NCBI RefSeq assembly: GCF_024521635.1
Contig: NW_026250433.1
Location: forward strand, 186,001 to 250,000
Source of the DNA: Tricharina praecox
Lineage: Eukaryota
Length of the DNA stretch: 64,000 nt
Direction of reading: 5' to 3'
Shown here: piece after piece, positions 47,629 to 61,433 of the stretch
Layout: each line of letters begins with the position of its first letter
Numbering within the stretch: position 1 is the first letter of the stretch
Notes under the pieces: generated by a model
The model's input: only the letters and a program-made list of their open reading frames with translations
Databases searched by the model: none
Told to the model about the DNA's origin: nothing
Made by a program: the position numbers and the translations under genes

Positions 47629-50621
47629 GTCCATTGGGCACAAATCGGTGGGGGCGTGGGGGCGGGGGATGGCGTTCCGGCTGGTACTTTGCTTTTTCTT
47701 TTCTTCTTTTCTTCTCTTTAGATGCGTGGAGTTGGGGGGTGCAGTTACCTACTTAGAGCGCTACAAGTTCGTAATGTGTATGTTTGTAATATGTTCGCAG
47801 AACTGTGGCAGGTGCACGCTGCATCGAGATTTTGCGGTTGCGGTCACTCAAGACTCATATTTTCTGCGCACCGTGAGGTCTGCCGCTATGCGCACACAAC
47901 CCGAGTGACTGGGCGGAGGGCGTAGTGGCCCATCAGGCCGAAGCGAGTCGGCCGTGCACTCGTCCACGCATTACCCATTATCCCCGCCGCGCATCGAAGC
48001 GGCACAGGCACAGGGCACACGCACAGGCTTCACCTCTGCAAGCGCAATCGCGCAATCGCGTGGAACCCAAGGTATCTGCCGTAACGTCGTTCTACTTCGA
48101 GTTAGGAATTACTCGAGCGGCTATGGCGACTGTGCTTTGGGCGCCGGGTGCTGGGCGCTGGGTCCACTGTATGCATACTTGACGCGGTGGTGGCTGCAAG
48201 GCTCAATGGTAAACTGGAAGTTTTAGTCAGCGGGCAGTGGGCACGGCGGTAAACTACGTGGAGGCGGGCATGGTATCGGGCGGTAGCGGGCGGCGGCGAC
48301 GGGGGCGACGGGGGCGACGGGGGCGACGGCGGTGACGGCGGCGGGGGCGGTTAGTTGGGACCCCCGGTAGTGATGCTTGTAGCGCTGGCGAGTAACTGTT
48401 GTTGTCACGGGTGACCGGGGTTTCTTTGTTCGGCCATGCCACACACACGCAGGAGGTGGCTGGGCTGGAAGAGAGAATAGGAATTAGTTTATTGTCTATG
48501 GCCTTTCTAGGCTCTCTCACATGCTTCCTATGCACACCTGAGGGTGGCTGGGGGAACGTTTCCGCAGCGGAGATGCAGCAGGTGCTGAGTGCGATACCAT
48601 GAGGCACCTTCTGCGCAACGCAACGTTGCAGCCTCACTGTCAGCCGTACAACATAGCCGCAGTCACTCTGCTACCTACTACTACCAGTAAATAGTACCGG
48701 TACTGTAGTAGTCGGTTAATACCGGTATCACCTATCACCCACCGTAGAGCACCGATGACTATCGCCGCACGTCTACTACACACACCCCCAAGTAGGTACT
48801 TACCTCCTATTTAGTAGGCAGGTAGGCATTTCATCCGTCCATCCGTCCACCGGAGCCCCCGAAGCCACCGGAGCCACCGGAGCCACCCTGGTTGCATGGT
48901 TGCGTGGTTGCGTGCTCCGTGGTTGCGTGGTTACTCGTTGCGTACAAATACAAACGACAGTGCGAATCCGCACCCCGGCGCCGGTCGGATTGAGTGTAGA
49001 GTACCAGTCCCACCTACCTATGCTACTGCACCCTACACCGGTAACTACGCAACCACGCCGATGGAACAAGACTTTTGCCGACAGCACCTCCCCTCCCCGG
49101 CGTCTCCGCCCCCATCGTCGGATTGGGAAAAGAGATTTCTATGTTACACAGGCAGTCGCCTACTTAGATATTTGGATATTTACCCCAGCGGATCCAACCT
49201 GCAACTCTCATACTTTGCAAGACGTCAGCACTCGGAAACGATCTGCATCAGCATGGCGGCGATGGCGGCGGGGATGTGATGTATGTATAGCAGACGAGGT
49301 GAGGTGAGGGGGGCATAATCGGCATTCTGGCGTAGTGACCGCGCTCACCGTTTCTTGCGCGACAAACAACCACCATCACTACCTGGTATGAAAGTAGGTA
49401 CGGCATGTACCGGCGTGATTTCCACCGCCAAGACCGTGAAGCTCACCAAGCAGCAAGCCCAAATCAGCCCCATAGGTGCATAACTCCCTTCACCTATGCG
49501 AGACTCGAGTGAGCGGGCGGGCGGGCGGGAGTCTGTGTACAGTGGCTATCCGAGTAGCTACCGGAGTAGAAACTACAGTTGCTATACATGTTGCACCGAT
49601 GTATACATAGATATACGTAGTACTTGCGTAACTACCCAGGTACCACCTACCTACTACCAACTTCCTATGCCGATAGACTCCTCCTCCTCCTCCTCCGGAG
49701 ATCGCGCATCCCCCCTAAGCACGGTATGCGTACTCTATGTAGAGTACTCGCCATACCTACTCTACCTGGATCTCCACTCCTGAGTCCTCACCGCACCTTC
49801 CACCAACTTCAGACTTCAGCCCCTGCGGCTGTTCAATCTAGCCAAACACCACCCATTCGCACATAGACGGCCCGGCACGGCTACCTCCGCTCTCCCTTCC
49901 CCCCTTCCCCCCTCCTCCCCCCCTCTATATACATACTACAATTGGACAATCTACAGTACCCTTCCAAACATCTCCTCCAGCGGCCCCCTCGCAAGTCGAG
50001 ACCCCCTAGTTTTGCATTGCATCCGTCCGCCGATGGGAAATCGGTGCCGCGGACCTGGACTCTTCACGGCGAAGCATCAAGCCACCCATGCACGTGTATT
50101 ACATGAGCACGCTTACATACTCTAACGACACGCCGGATCGGTAACGCTCGGCAAGTCACAACCCTCACCTCTACCACCACCGCCACTACGTGGGTCACAT
50201 TGGAGGTGATCGACATCGTATGTAACAGTTAGAACTCAGTGGTAGGTAACTTCCGCTTCCGGTGGCACATGGAGATGATCAGTAGAACTCTCAAATGACC
50301 GCTGCAAATCCATAGCTACTTTACTCTAGGTACTCTACTCTAGGTACATACATGCCAGAGGGGAGAAAGGAGAAGAAGAAAAGATACAAAAAAAAAGGAA
50401 ACTCCAGAAAGACCTGCCCAAAACCCAAGAAGAAAGAAAAAAGAGAAATCTGAAAATGTGCCGCTTTCTATGCTGTGCAGGAAGAACCCCCCCCTCCTCC
50501 GTTCTTCCAATATGTACAATGTATATGTGTTCGTAGCCTACTTCTAGAAGAAGGTTCCCCAGGACTAATAAAAAAAAGTTCGTTTCCGAGTGTCAGTAAG
50601 TGCTGAAATATCTTGAACCCA

Positions 50622-52227
50622 TTACCACCATTGCGGCACAGCAGTCTCAACCTTCGATTTTGATCCCTCGTCCTGCATGATGATATCCCAGACGCCGTCC
50701 AGCACCGCCCTCTCGGCCTCATTGATCGAGGGCCTCGAGTGAGGCAGCCATCCGTTCTCCTCGGGGCTCTCAACCACCCAGTGGCGGCCATCGTTGCCCG
50801 AGTCCGGTCGCGATTGTGTCATCGCGTACCCGTCCACCACGTAGATCCGCATGCCCTTGGCCCTCATCTGCTCGACAAGCTTGAGCGATGCCTCGCGCTG
50901 CTCGCTGATCACTCGGCGGGTCATGCCCTTGTCCGAGAAACACTGGATCATCGGCGCAACGTCGGTGGTCGTCCGCCAGACCACCGTGGCCTGCGGGAAC
51001 ATGTCGTACAGTTGCTGCAGGAATTGTTCGACAATGGCGGTGTACTGCTCAGTCGTGAACGGAGCCAGCCACAGTCCGAGGTTCGTGACGATGTGGGACG
51101 GCTTCGGCACGTTATTTGCGAGCTGTGCAACGCGCTCGTTGGGGTGGTCGTCCATAAACCTGAAGGACAGCCCGATCTTCTGTCCTTTCGGCGTTTCATG
51201 AACCATGTCCTTTGGCGCGACGTGATAGAGCATAGCGTCGTTGATGAACTGGCAGTTCCCGTCCGCCTTGCCCGACTTGGATAGCTGCGGCCATACCTGG
51301 GAGCAGAAAGCACCCCTCAACACGGAATCGCCGAGAAAGAGGATGTTCGTGATGTTTGAACTGCGATCGATATCCGCCGCGGTGCGGTGAGGCCGCTTGC
51401 AGCTGTACGGCTGGAAAATGTACTCCTGATTCTCGGGGAAGCTCCGGGCCCAATCCGACTGTCGGTACTGGCTCTGCAACGCAGACCTGGCGATCCACCT
51501 TCCCTGCGAACGTCCTACGGTCTCCGGACCACCGAGAACACAAGGCTCGAACCCATCGATGACCAACGGCCTGCCGCTGATCTGCACATGCGCCGGAGTT
51601 CCAATCACTTGCCCCCGGTTGATGGGATACGTCATGTGTTCTCTCCATTGCTTCGGACAGGTTTCAAAGTCTGGCCACGCATAGAGCTCATACTGCCCTG
51701 ACTCGGGCACATTGATCTCGACCGTGACCACCGACCCGTCGTTTGGATCTAGTTTCGACGTTTCGATCGAGGGCGCGTAGATCGTCGGGCCGCGGAGGAT
51801 AACAATGTAGCGCTTCGGACAGAGGTCGGCGACGTGCCATAGACACTTGAATCGGATTGTGAACGGCCCCGTGGGGATACGGTTCGGTAAAGGCGGATCG
51901 ATGATCCATGGACCTGTGCACCACGTACGAACGCAACGGTCAGCCAAACCGCCCCACCATCATCACCCCACCACCACACGACTACCAAGCTCACACCGAC
52001 TAACCTTTGCTGATACCCTCATTCTGGGCGACCAGATTACCATCTATAGGCGGAGCCCGGACATCTGATAGGAATAGTCCCGAACCGCTCTTCCCCCCGC
52101 CGTTCGCCGAATGGAATGTTGGAAACCGCAGCTCCTCGTTTCGGTGGAGGAGGTATATGACGGGGATAGCTAGTATCAGGCAAAGCTTGAAGAGGCTTCT
52201 GCGCATCATCGCGGAGGACGGCGACAT
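50622..52227 (-). CDS. Type II membrane SGNH-like protein (NXPE/PC-esterase/Cas1-N-like), 504 aa; intron 51914-52004
   Basis: N-terminal signal anchor RRSLFKLCLILAIPVIYLL; GRW; YIFQPYSC; ILFLGDS; NLGLW; VVWRTT; DGRH. Confidence 0.8.
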
Positions 52228-53427
52228 GAAGTTTTGTGACAGGTGAGTGAGTGAGAGTGAATCAAACGAACGAAGAGGTGGAAGCACGATGGACAAGAAT
52301 GGATATCCAGCGACCAGTCGTGGAGTTTATGTGTGTGAATAGGTCGGTAAGCAAGTAAGCAAGCAAGTAAGAAGGCGGTATGTAGCGGTGGGTGCTGGGG
52401 AAGAAGTGAGCGTGAATCGGGCTGGTGGGATGGATGAGCAAGGAAGTGGTGGAGGCATGTATAAATACAAGTTTGCGGGACAGCTTGGACACTTTGTAAT
52501 GCTTAAACCTGGGGGAAGGTTGGGTGAACAAGGTAAGGTCGGTCACTCACTAGCAATCCTTTAATTTGTGACAGCTAGGTAGCATACCTAGAGTACTTCT
52601 CCAGTTAGCACCCGGCGACACAAGTATCTGCCATCCCTAGTAGAGCACACCGATTGCGATCTGTTTCGGTTTCTTACGCGCTCGTCCATCTGGCTAAGCA
52701 GCCGGATACTCGTGCAGGTAACTAGCCGAACCCTCTCGCCATTTCTCCGGTTGCGATGCTCGTGAAGACTAGGAGCCGGTGAAGAAGTGGAGAACCGGTG
52801 AGGACTACGGTGGGTATGGGAGCAACGCGCTTCCATGAGCTCTAGAGTTAGATCCACTATCGGTACTCTAACAGCGCTTTACCGGCAGACTACACGGTCC
52901 TCTCCGGGATATATCATACGTTTCGGCCAGCAAAGATCTCTGAAGATCTCGCTTTCCCACCAGGCAAGTACCGTATGTATCTTCGCCCTCCTTTCCGAAA
53001 CCCACCAGGAGGAACGCCCTACTCACATCGCCTGTGGCTAGATGAAGCCCGCTAGGTGCTATACCCACATGTGGACGCCCCCTCAAACTCAATGGCGAAA
53101 CCGATGGAGATATAGATCACCGGAAGCTACTTACCTCTCTACAAATAATTCCCGCTGCAGAACTCACCGGGACCGGTAGCTGACTATTTATACTCACAAT
53201 TCTCCGGGCATCATCTTCGGGCGGCTTTTTCTCCCCAAGGACCTACATACCCAAGTAAGCAAGAGGTGTATACTTTTCTCTCCAAAGCCACGTTACGTCT
53301 AGGATTGGCGCGAAATGCTTGTCTTCACATGTAGTGCACTACAAACACTGTATCTAGATAGAGTAGACTTTTCCGGAGCTTGACAGGACCCAGGCCACCC
53401 GGCGGTCTTTTCGCCCTTCGCGCTTCA

Positions 53428-53479
53428 CCCTTTCCCTTTCCCTTTCCCTTTCCCTTTCCCTTTCCCTTTCCCTTTCCCT
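53428..53479. repeat. (CCCTTT)n hexanucleotide microsatellite
   Basis: Direct reading. Confidence 0.9.
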
Positions 53480-54889
53480 GTCTTCCTTTCTCCCTCCCTC
53501 TCCTTTCCCCTTGCTTGCTTCGCCACTGGGCAGTGGGCATTCCACCAAGTTCACGGCCCTACCAACACCCACCTGTTATGTACCTACTCTAGTTGCGTTG
53601 CTTAGTTAGTTAACCGCGGGGCGGAACTCCTTCCGCTGCCAAGACGCGGAGAAGAAAAAAGGAAAACGCAGCTGAAACGAACGCTGATCCCAAATATGGG
53701 TGGGGCGGCGGGCCCTATGTAGAGTACCTTTGTAGAGTACTGCCTCAAAGATATCAAAGATCAACAGGTCAGTCAAGTCAAAGGCTTTCTTCTCTTCTTT
53801 TCTTTTCGCATACATATGAGAGGTTGTCAGCTCGATAACTCTACCGGGCCAGCCAGTGGGCCGCTGGGCCAGGCTTGCCAGCAGGTGGTCGAGCAGCGCC
53901 GGCGCGTTATGGTGTCAGCTTCGCTTAGTGAATTCTTGGCGCGAATGATCGGGAGTGAGTCGTGAGTCGTGACGCTCGGTGGACGCCTTTGCAGAGTAGG
54001 TATACCTATAGTGTAGAGTACCCAAGTACTGGTAGGCAGATCCAGTATCTCGGTTGAGTTTCCATCCGAAGGGGTGCAACAGAGGGCACAGATTCATCCT
54101 CGAATACCAGTACCGTACTGGCAGTCGCAGCTAGGCATGTCCGTGCTTTATGCCCGCCGCCGCCGCGTCTGGCGAGCCCGCTCCAGAACTCGACCGAAGG
54201 CTGAAGGCTGAAGGCTGAAGCTTGGAAAAAAAAGAAAAACACGTAATTGGCCACCGTGAAACTCCCTACCGCCTCCACATGCTAGTATCTAGGCTTGGCT
54301 ACTGGGCATCCTCTCTACATACTGCGGGAGATCGTCGCACAACGCGCGTTCTGCACGTAAGTACTGGTATATGGGCTACAATTGAGGTGATTGGGGCTGA
54401 GTTGATTGTCTTGGAGTTGATTGGGCATGAGTGATGGGCAATGAAGGAAGGATGAGGTCGGAGGGAGACTGGTCACTGGCGATGAAAATATGCTCCATCT
54501 TCGAGATGTCTTTGGAACGTAGGTATCATACAGCGTCAATACCCACCTTTTCTTTGACCCCATAATTCACCATCGAAAAGACCAACTGCCGAATTGAACC
54601 TGATGGGAGGGAACGATTCACGAAGCTGCAGTAAGAGTTTGGTATATTTATCATCCCCTCCATCTCACAACAAAAGCAAATATAACTCGAAGAACGCAAC
54701 CAGCATCAAAAGAAGAGCTGGTCAAAACAAAAAACAAAAGCGCGAATCCAACCACTCACCACACACCACACCACAAAACTACAACGGTCCATTCGTCCCC
54801 TTTGATACCCCTCCCCACCACCTACTATGGCAATATCAATACATCACCGCCGCAACCTCCACCCTGTTGATACAAGGGCGTGGGGTAGA

Positions 54890-57576
54890 CTACTTCTCGC
54901 CCTCCTCTTCCAGCAGCAATTTGAAGCTGAAAGGCTCAAACGCCAGACCGTCTCCGATAAAGAATTTGCTCTGTTATAACCAGTCAGTTCGGGTTCAAGA
55001 TATAGACGGAGAGAAGAATAAAAGGGAGCTTACCATTGCCTCAACCCAATGCAGACGGAGCGAATGCAACATGGCACTGGTACCCTCAATGATAACGAGA
55101 ATAACGACGGTACAGCAGAACCACAGACCAAACAGGAAAACAGTCATGATAACACCGAGGGTGCCGGTAACTCCAAAGGCCAGTCCCAGCGTCATCGACC
55201 ACAGCACCGACGACAACTGCGCGTGAGCGAGCGACAAAGCCCACAGTCGCAGGTACGACGCGGTGTGCGAGACACAGTTGAGACAGAACTCGATGGTGTG
55301 GATGATCTGGTGGATCATTTCCTCGGCAAAGTCGAATTCGTGCTCTTCACCCATCTCCTCGGCGATGAGAGCGTGCGCGGAGCCATCGGTTTCAACGCTG
55401 TCACGGGCTCCCGAGGGCTCGTCGTCGTCGTCGTCGAGGGCGCTGACGCGGGTGACGGTACCACCGAGACCCTGGTAACCGGCGGCGTGATGCTTGTTGT
55501 GTTCGTAGCGCATCCAGAGAGGCTTCAACAGCAGCATCCAGGGAATGCAAATCACGGCGATAAGAGTGAGGAATAGCTGGATGGGCTTCTGGCCGGGGTA
55601 GAGTTCGTCCTCAATGGTACCGGGGGAGAGGAACATGTAAATGAGCATGTTGAGCAACGACGGGGCGGGCTTTCCAATCTCATTCCAGTCAACGGTCCAC
55701 TTGTAGAGGATGCACATGACGAGGTAGCCAAAGATCGACTGTAGGAAGAGCATGCCGGGAATGAAGTTGCCGAGAGTATCGATACGAGACTTGTAGAAGC
55801 GATGGTTGTACTGAGAGAGGCACAGCGAATAGGTCATATGAGCCCATCCGAGGCAGACAGACAGCTTCATCTTGTAACTGTTGGTGAACAGAAGCGCGTT
55901 GTCGGCTGCGTGCCATGCCCAGTCAAGCCCGAAAGGGTAGACGTAGCCAGGGATCTTGTGAGCTTCGAGGGCGTCTCCCGCGTTAAAATGCTCAGGCCAT
56001 TCCCAAGCGCTCGAAAACAGAGTGAGAGGTTTCGAGAAGATATCGTTGTAGATCAGACCGGTGTACATGGCGAAGATACCCATGAGCAACATGATATACC
56101 GACCGAAGAACGCCATGTCGAAGATCTCAAAGATCTTCTTGCCGATGAGTTTCTTCTCGTAGTAGATCATAACACACGCAGTCAAGAACATGATGAAGCC
56201 GTGCCCAAGATCTCCGAACATGACGGCGAACAGGAACGGGAAAGTGATGATTGTTGCCAGACCAGGGTTAACCTCGCGGTATTTGGCGACACCATAGGCG
56301 TTGACGATAGTTTGAAATCCCTCCGTAAACTTGTTGGTCTTAATGTAGGTCGGGGGAGTCTTGGTCGTCTTCAGCTCGTTGATGATGCTGGGAACCTGTA
56401 GGCGAGCCTGCTCGGTGACGTCCCGCAAGGTGGCCTGGATCAACGGCAGCGAGTTTGTCGGCAGCCATCCCTCGGCGACTAGGTACTTCCTTGCAGCATC
56501 GTAGTTGAATAGATTGAGCGTCTGGTAAACAGCCTTTTCCTTCTTGATGATGACCATCCAGCTAGCCAAACTCTGCGCAATCATTCTAAGCTCGCCATGA
56601 AGGGTGTTCTCGGTGTTCTGCAGGACACTCTGGAGGTCGTTGATGCGGTTATTGACTTCGTGAAGCTGGTCCCTCCTGAGGTTGGTGTCCTCGTCGACCG
56701 AGTACAGATCCGCACCGAGCGACTCGGAAATCTTCCTGATCTTTGCCAGAATCTCCTTTCCATGCGCAAAGATAACGAACACATTCTTGTCGACATTCTC
56801 TCCAGTAGCCGGATCCGTAATCGGTTCATCAATCTCCGACTGGTTCATGTAAAGATTACCCCTCAAGGTCCTCCACAAGATCCTCTCGAACGTCGCGATC
56901 CTGTCGCGGGGAATAACACCCGCAACGAACCCAATATTCATCGTTTGGAAGCTCATCTCGCCAGCATTCCCGCTGTTCGCCTGCGAAACGGAGTGCTCCA
57001 CATCCTCCAGTAGTGGCGCCTCGTCTGAGGAGTTCCTCCTTATATCATCGGCCTGATGATGAGCGCGATCGAAGAACCCTCCCGCCTCCCTCAGGACCCA
57101 ACGGTACTCGATGAGTTCTACCCAGCGTTTCTGCAGCGTCTCGTGGGACTGGTTGAGCTGGGAGATACGACCCTCTAGGGCCTGCGCGCGTTCCGAAAGG
57201 TTATCGATCTCAGCGGCGGAGGGGGCAGCGGTAAGGCTCGCGTTATTCTCCACAGGCCGGACCATAACTCCATTCTTCTCCATCTGCGCGCCGAAAAAAC
57301 GGAGCTGTCGCTCGACGTTGTCGAGGCGTCGGATCTCCTTCGTGAAGGTTCGCTGGAAGGCGGAGGTATCTGCGTTCAACTACACGCTGTCAGACCAACG
57401 TTGCCGTCACCACTCCCTCAAAAAGCTACACAGAGGGGGAAAACACGCACGTCGCGAAATTGCATCATCCCGACTTCTCCCAACGCGCTGACAGTTTCGC
57501 GTCCAATTTCCGTCGCCACGTACAGCTGTACGAGCGACATCTCCGAAGAGCGGAACATGGTGTCTGGCTGTCCCAT
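54890..57576 (-). CDS. VPH1: V-type H+-ATPase V0 subunit a, 850 aa; introns 57380-57450 and 54971-55033
   Basis: [51 protein letters not shown] (essential Arg), [16 protein letters not shown]. Confidence 0.97.
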
Positions 57577-58016
57577 CTCGCCGGCGTGCGTTTGTCCTTG
57601 TCGCAAGGTAGAAGAAGGTTCTAAAGAAAAAAGAAAGCGAAAGTGTGGACTCGGTGGGTTTAAGGTGCTCGAGAGGCTCTTGTTGTGGGTTGAGTGGAGC
57701 GAGCGATGACGATAAGTGATGAAGCTGGCGAGGCGGAAGTCAGGAACGTAACGTCCGGCTTGGCGCGAACTCAGTCAGGGATGTGGACATGATCACGTTG
57801 TGGCACAGCATCATCTTGATATCTATACGACTATAGTCAGGCGGCAACAGCGGGCAATCCCATTCGACCGCCATCTGCCATAAGATCTACATATGTAAAC
57901 TTCCTCCATAAAATGCACGCACGCACTCGTCATAAACCCTGGCAACATCTACCGCCGCTAAACAGACGCATGATCAACTGAAATCAAAGCATGTACAATT
58001 ACACGAATTGATCTAT

Positions 58017-60613
58017 CTAATACACCGACGACATATCCGACACTGCCCTACCAATGATACTCACAAACCTTCCCACACGGTCGTTCGTATCTTGTCTCGC
58101 CGTCTCTGCTGCCATCAAGATCTTCTTGATACCGACATTGATGCGCTTGGTGCGAGTATGCTCCTCAATCAGTTGCAATACTATCTGCTGTTCTTGCGGT
58201 GAGAAGAGCTCTAGGCTCCCAAGAACTGACTGAAGTTCTTCATGGTTTGCAACATTCGGCACGGCAATTTCGGCGTCAAAGTTGTTGAGCAAGTCGAGCT
58301 GGCTGAGAACGCTGCGTTCAGTGGATGTAGCCAGGATCAGGAGGCGTCGTCCCTTAGGGGGAGGTTTCCGAAGCAAGACGACCAGGGTTTGCAGGACCGC
58401 GTTCGAGAAGCGTGGGCCGATTGGCACCCAATCGATGATGCGCTCGATCTGGTCCACGACCACAATGTTGAGTGAACTCTTGTATGCGTCCGAGAACACC
58501 TTCGTCAGGTGCGAGATCTTATTCATTTCGTTGTAGCCTACCATGGCCTCCGGGCTAACTATCTTGATGAACGGGAAGTCGCTGGCCATGGCTATCGTAG
58601 CTGCCAGGGCAGTCTTTCCAGACCCTGGTGGGCCGTGCATGAGGACAGAGACCAGAGGCGTCTTTTCTGACTTCCGTACCTGTTCGACGAAGAGATGGCC
58701 CTCGGAGAGGATGCTCTCAATGTTGCGTGAGAACTTGATGACACCACCAGTGGTACACGCTTCGAACTCCTCTTCTGAGACACCAAAAGCCGGTCGCACT
58801 TCTTCAAGAGCCAACATGAAATCGGCACGGTTCACCTTCATGTTCTTGATATCCTTAGTGTCGATCTTTTCGCCAAACTTTGCGTGGCGGTTGAAAGCGA
58901 AACTAGTTGCACTCTTGACAAGACCGCCGATTTCTGCTCCGGAGAAATTTTTGGTCACTGAAGCCAGCTCGAAGATGTCGACGTCCTGGTCGAGAACGTT
59001 GTTGATCTTGAGTTCCTTGGTGCGGATACCGAGAATTTGTCGGCGACCATTCTCGTCTGGCAGTGCGATCTCGATATGGACTTCCAGACGACCAGGACGG
59101 AGAAGCGCCTCATCGATCATGTCTTTTCTGTTGGTCATACCGATGATCAGAACATTGTTGAGTTGGTCTACACCGTCCATCTACGTTTGACATTAGCCCA
59201 TAATGCTTGACCCCCCAACCAAGAAATACATACCTTCGACAAGAGCTGATTGACGACAGTATCTCCAACACCAGTACCATCGTTTTTGCTACCTCTTTGC
59301 TTGCAGATGGCATCCAGCTCGTCGAAGATGATGATATGAAGCCCACTCTCATCTCCCTTCTCCTTGTACTCCTTCTCTGCGTCTGCAAAAAGCTTTCGAA
59401 TGTTTTCTTCCGACTGACCGACGAACTTGTTCAGAATTTCAGGACCATTCACAATCTTCGGCTCACGAGAGTTCAGGGCCTTTCCGATTTGTCTCGCGAT
59501 CAAGGTTTTTCCAGTACCCGGAGGTCCGAAGAGTAGTATTCCCTTGACATGTTGAATCCCCATCTTCTCGATCAACCCCGGAGGGAAAATCCTAGAAGCG
59601 AAAGCTCTTCGGAAAATCATAGCAAACTCATCGTCCAAGCCACCGATTCCCATGCTCTCAAAGTTGAAATCTTGCTTGATGATATTGGTAGAGATGCGGG
59701 TACTTGAGGGTCGCACCCTGAGGTTCTGTCCGGATTTAGTGTGGAAGTTGATCAGAGTCTCATCGAATATCAAGCCTCGAGGCGCGAACTCCGTTGGCCG
59801 CTTGCGCGCCAACGAGTACTGCTGCACCGATGTAACCATAGCGATCAAGTCAAAGCCTTTGTACTTGATCGGAATCGCCAGACCCGAGCCAATAACTGTG
59901 TCCATGTATGCCTGTCCGGCCTGTAAGCGTCCATTCCCACGCCACACACACCGTGGCACAAACCTGTCTAAAAAACTCCTCCATTTCGTCCTGATCTAGC
60001 TCTAGCTGCGGTTGATCCGCATATTTCGCCGCCACGGCGGGACTATGCCATGCGATCTCGATATTGGCGCTGATGACATACTCATCCTTCTGATGCGGAT
60101 CGTACGGCTCCACGGATATCTGGTAGGGATGCTCATAGTTCCTGAGCGGCTGCCCAGTCGCTATCATCTTCTTCGCGGCCTCTTCATACGGTTGCACTCC
60201 CAGGTAATCCCTCAGGAAGCCTCCGAGCCCCAGAAACGGCCGCTCCGGCTGAGGAGGAAACGATTGCCCCGCCTGAGCGAACGGCCCCTTGTGCTGGTAG
60301 ATGGCTTGGGACAGTGGCTCAACGTTAATGACGTACTTTCCGTCGACGAGAGCGTAGCGCGCAGTGAAATCGCGGTCCTCGGTGATGGCTCTAAGGTACG
60401 ACAACACATCAGCTGAGCTCCTTCTATCTCTCCTTGACGCAACGCCGGAAGTGCGTACTTATTCCTACGAACAATCTCGGTGTGCGCATTCTTAACCACC
60501 GTGAAGAGCCGCTGTGTAGGTTTCTCAGAGGAATACGGCGTAAACTGCTGCCCGCTTTGTTGCGGGGGCTGTGATGCTGGATTGCCACTGCCGGGTCGGA
60601 GCCATCCTGCCAT
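58017..60613 (-). CDS. SEC18: Vesicle-fusing AAA ATPase NSF, about 807 aa; introns 60391-60458, 59912-59963, 59181-59233
   Basis: MGIGGLDDEFAMIFRRAFASR, GPPGTGKT, IIIFDELDAICKQRGS, second Walker A GPPGSGKT, PIGPRFSN. Confidence 0.96.
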
Positions 60614-61433
60614 GGTTTGAAGTGAGGTGGTAGATTGTTTGGTGAAGTTGCGGGGAGGACGATGCCGTGGGTTGGTTTGGAGGGGACGGTGAAGCTATCT
60701 AGTTTCGTGACAGGAGCTCACCCCTCGGTGTCTACTTAAGTAAGACCTTACGTACATCTTTAGCAAGGTACTTGTTTATTGTTACCACGCGCGTATTAGT
60801 GATATTGTCACGTGGAGACTTTCGATATTACAGGCGACCACGAACGCAACGACTGTTTGGGGATGTGGTTTCTCGCGCTTCAATTTCAGCACTGCAAGCC
60901 CACCATGGCCGGGGAAGTCGACTACTTCTTTGCCGCGAGTGGGCGTTAGTACCAAACTCATCAGGGCGGACTTCGTTCATGAAAAGCGGGTTGGCATTGG
61001 TAAATAACTAGCATCGGCATGATACTAAAGTTCGCGGGTGTTGGTATTGAAAGCTTTAAGAGCGTGTACTCGCTAGCAACCTCCGCTCTTTCCGGTCCGA
61101 AGGTTTGGTGCTTTTTGGCTAGCTTAAACTGAGAGATGGTTTCCGAAGATCACAGCACGGATTCCGCAGCCGGCGCTTCACCGGAGACGGAGCCATGATC
61201 AATGGACGCAGCGAGCGTCAAAAATTAGGGGACGGAGAGAGAATAGGACAGGGGGGTTCTTGGGTGCAAGCGGATTAGAGAATTTGGCGAGTCATGAGTG
61301 ATCATGCATTGGTGGTATCTACTGCTGCTAAGCTTTAGACGCACGCAGAGGAAGAACATCGAACTTACTACCACTTCAACAGCAATTACTGCGATTGCTA
61401 TTGCTACTGCTGCTGCTATTGCTACTGCTGCTG

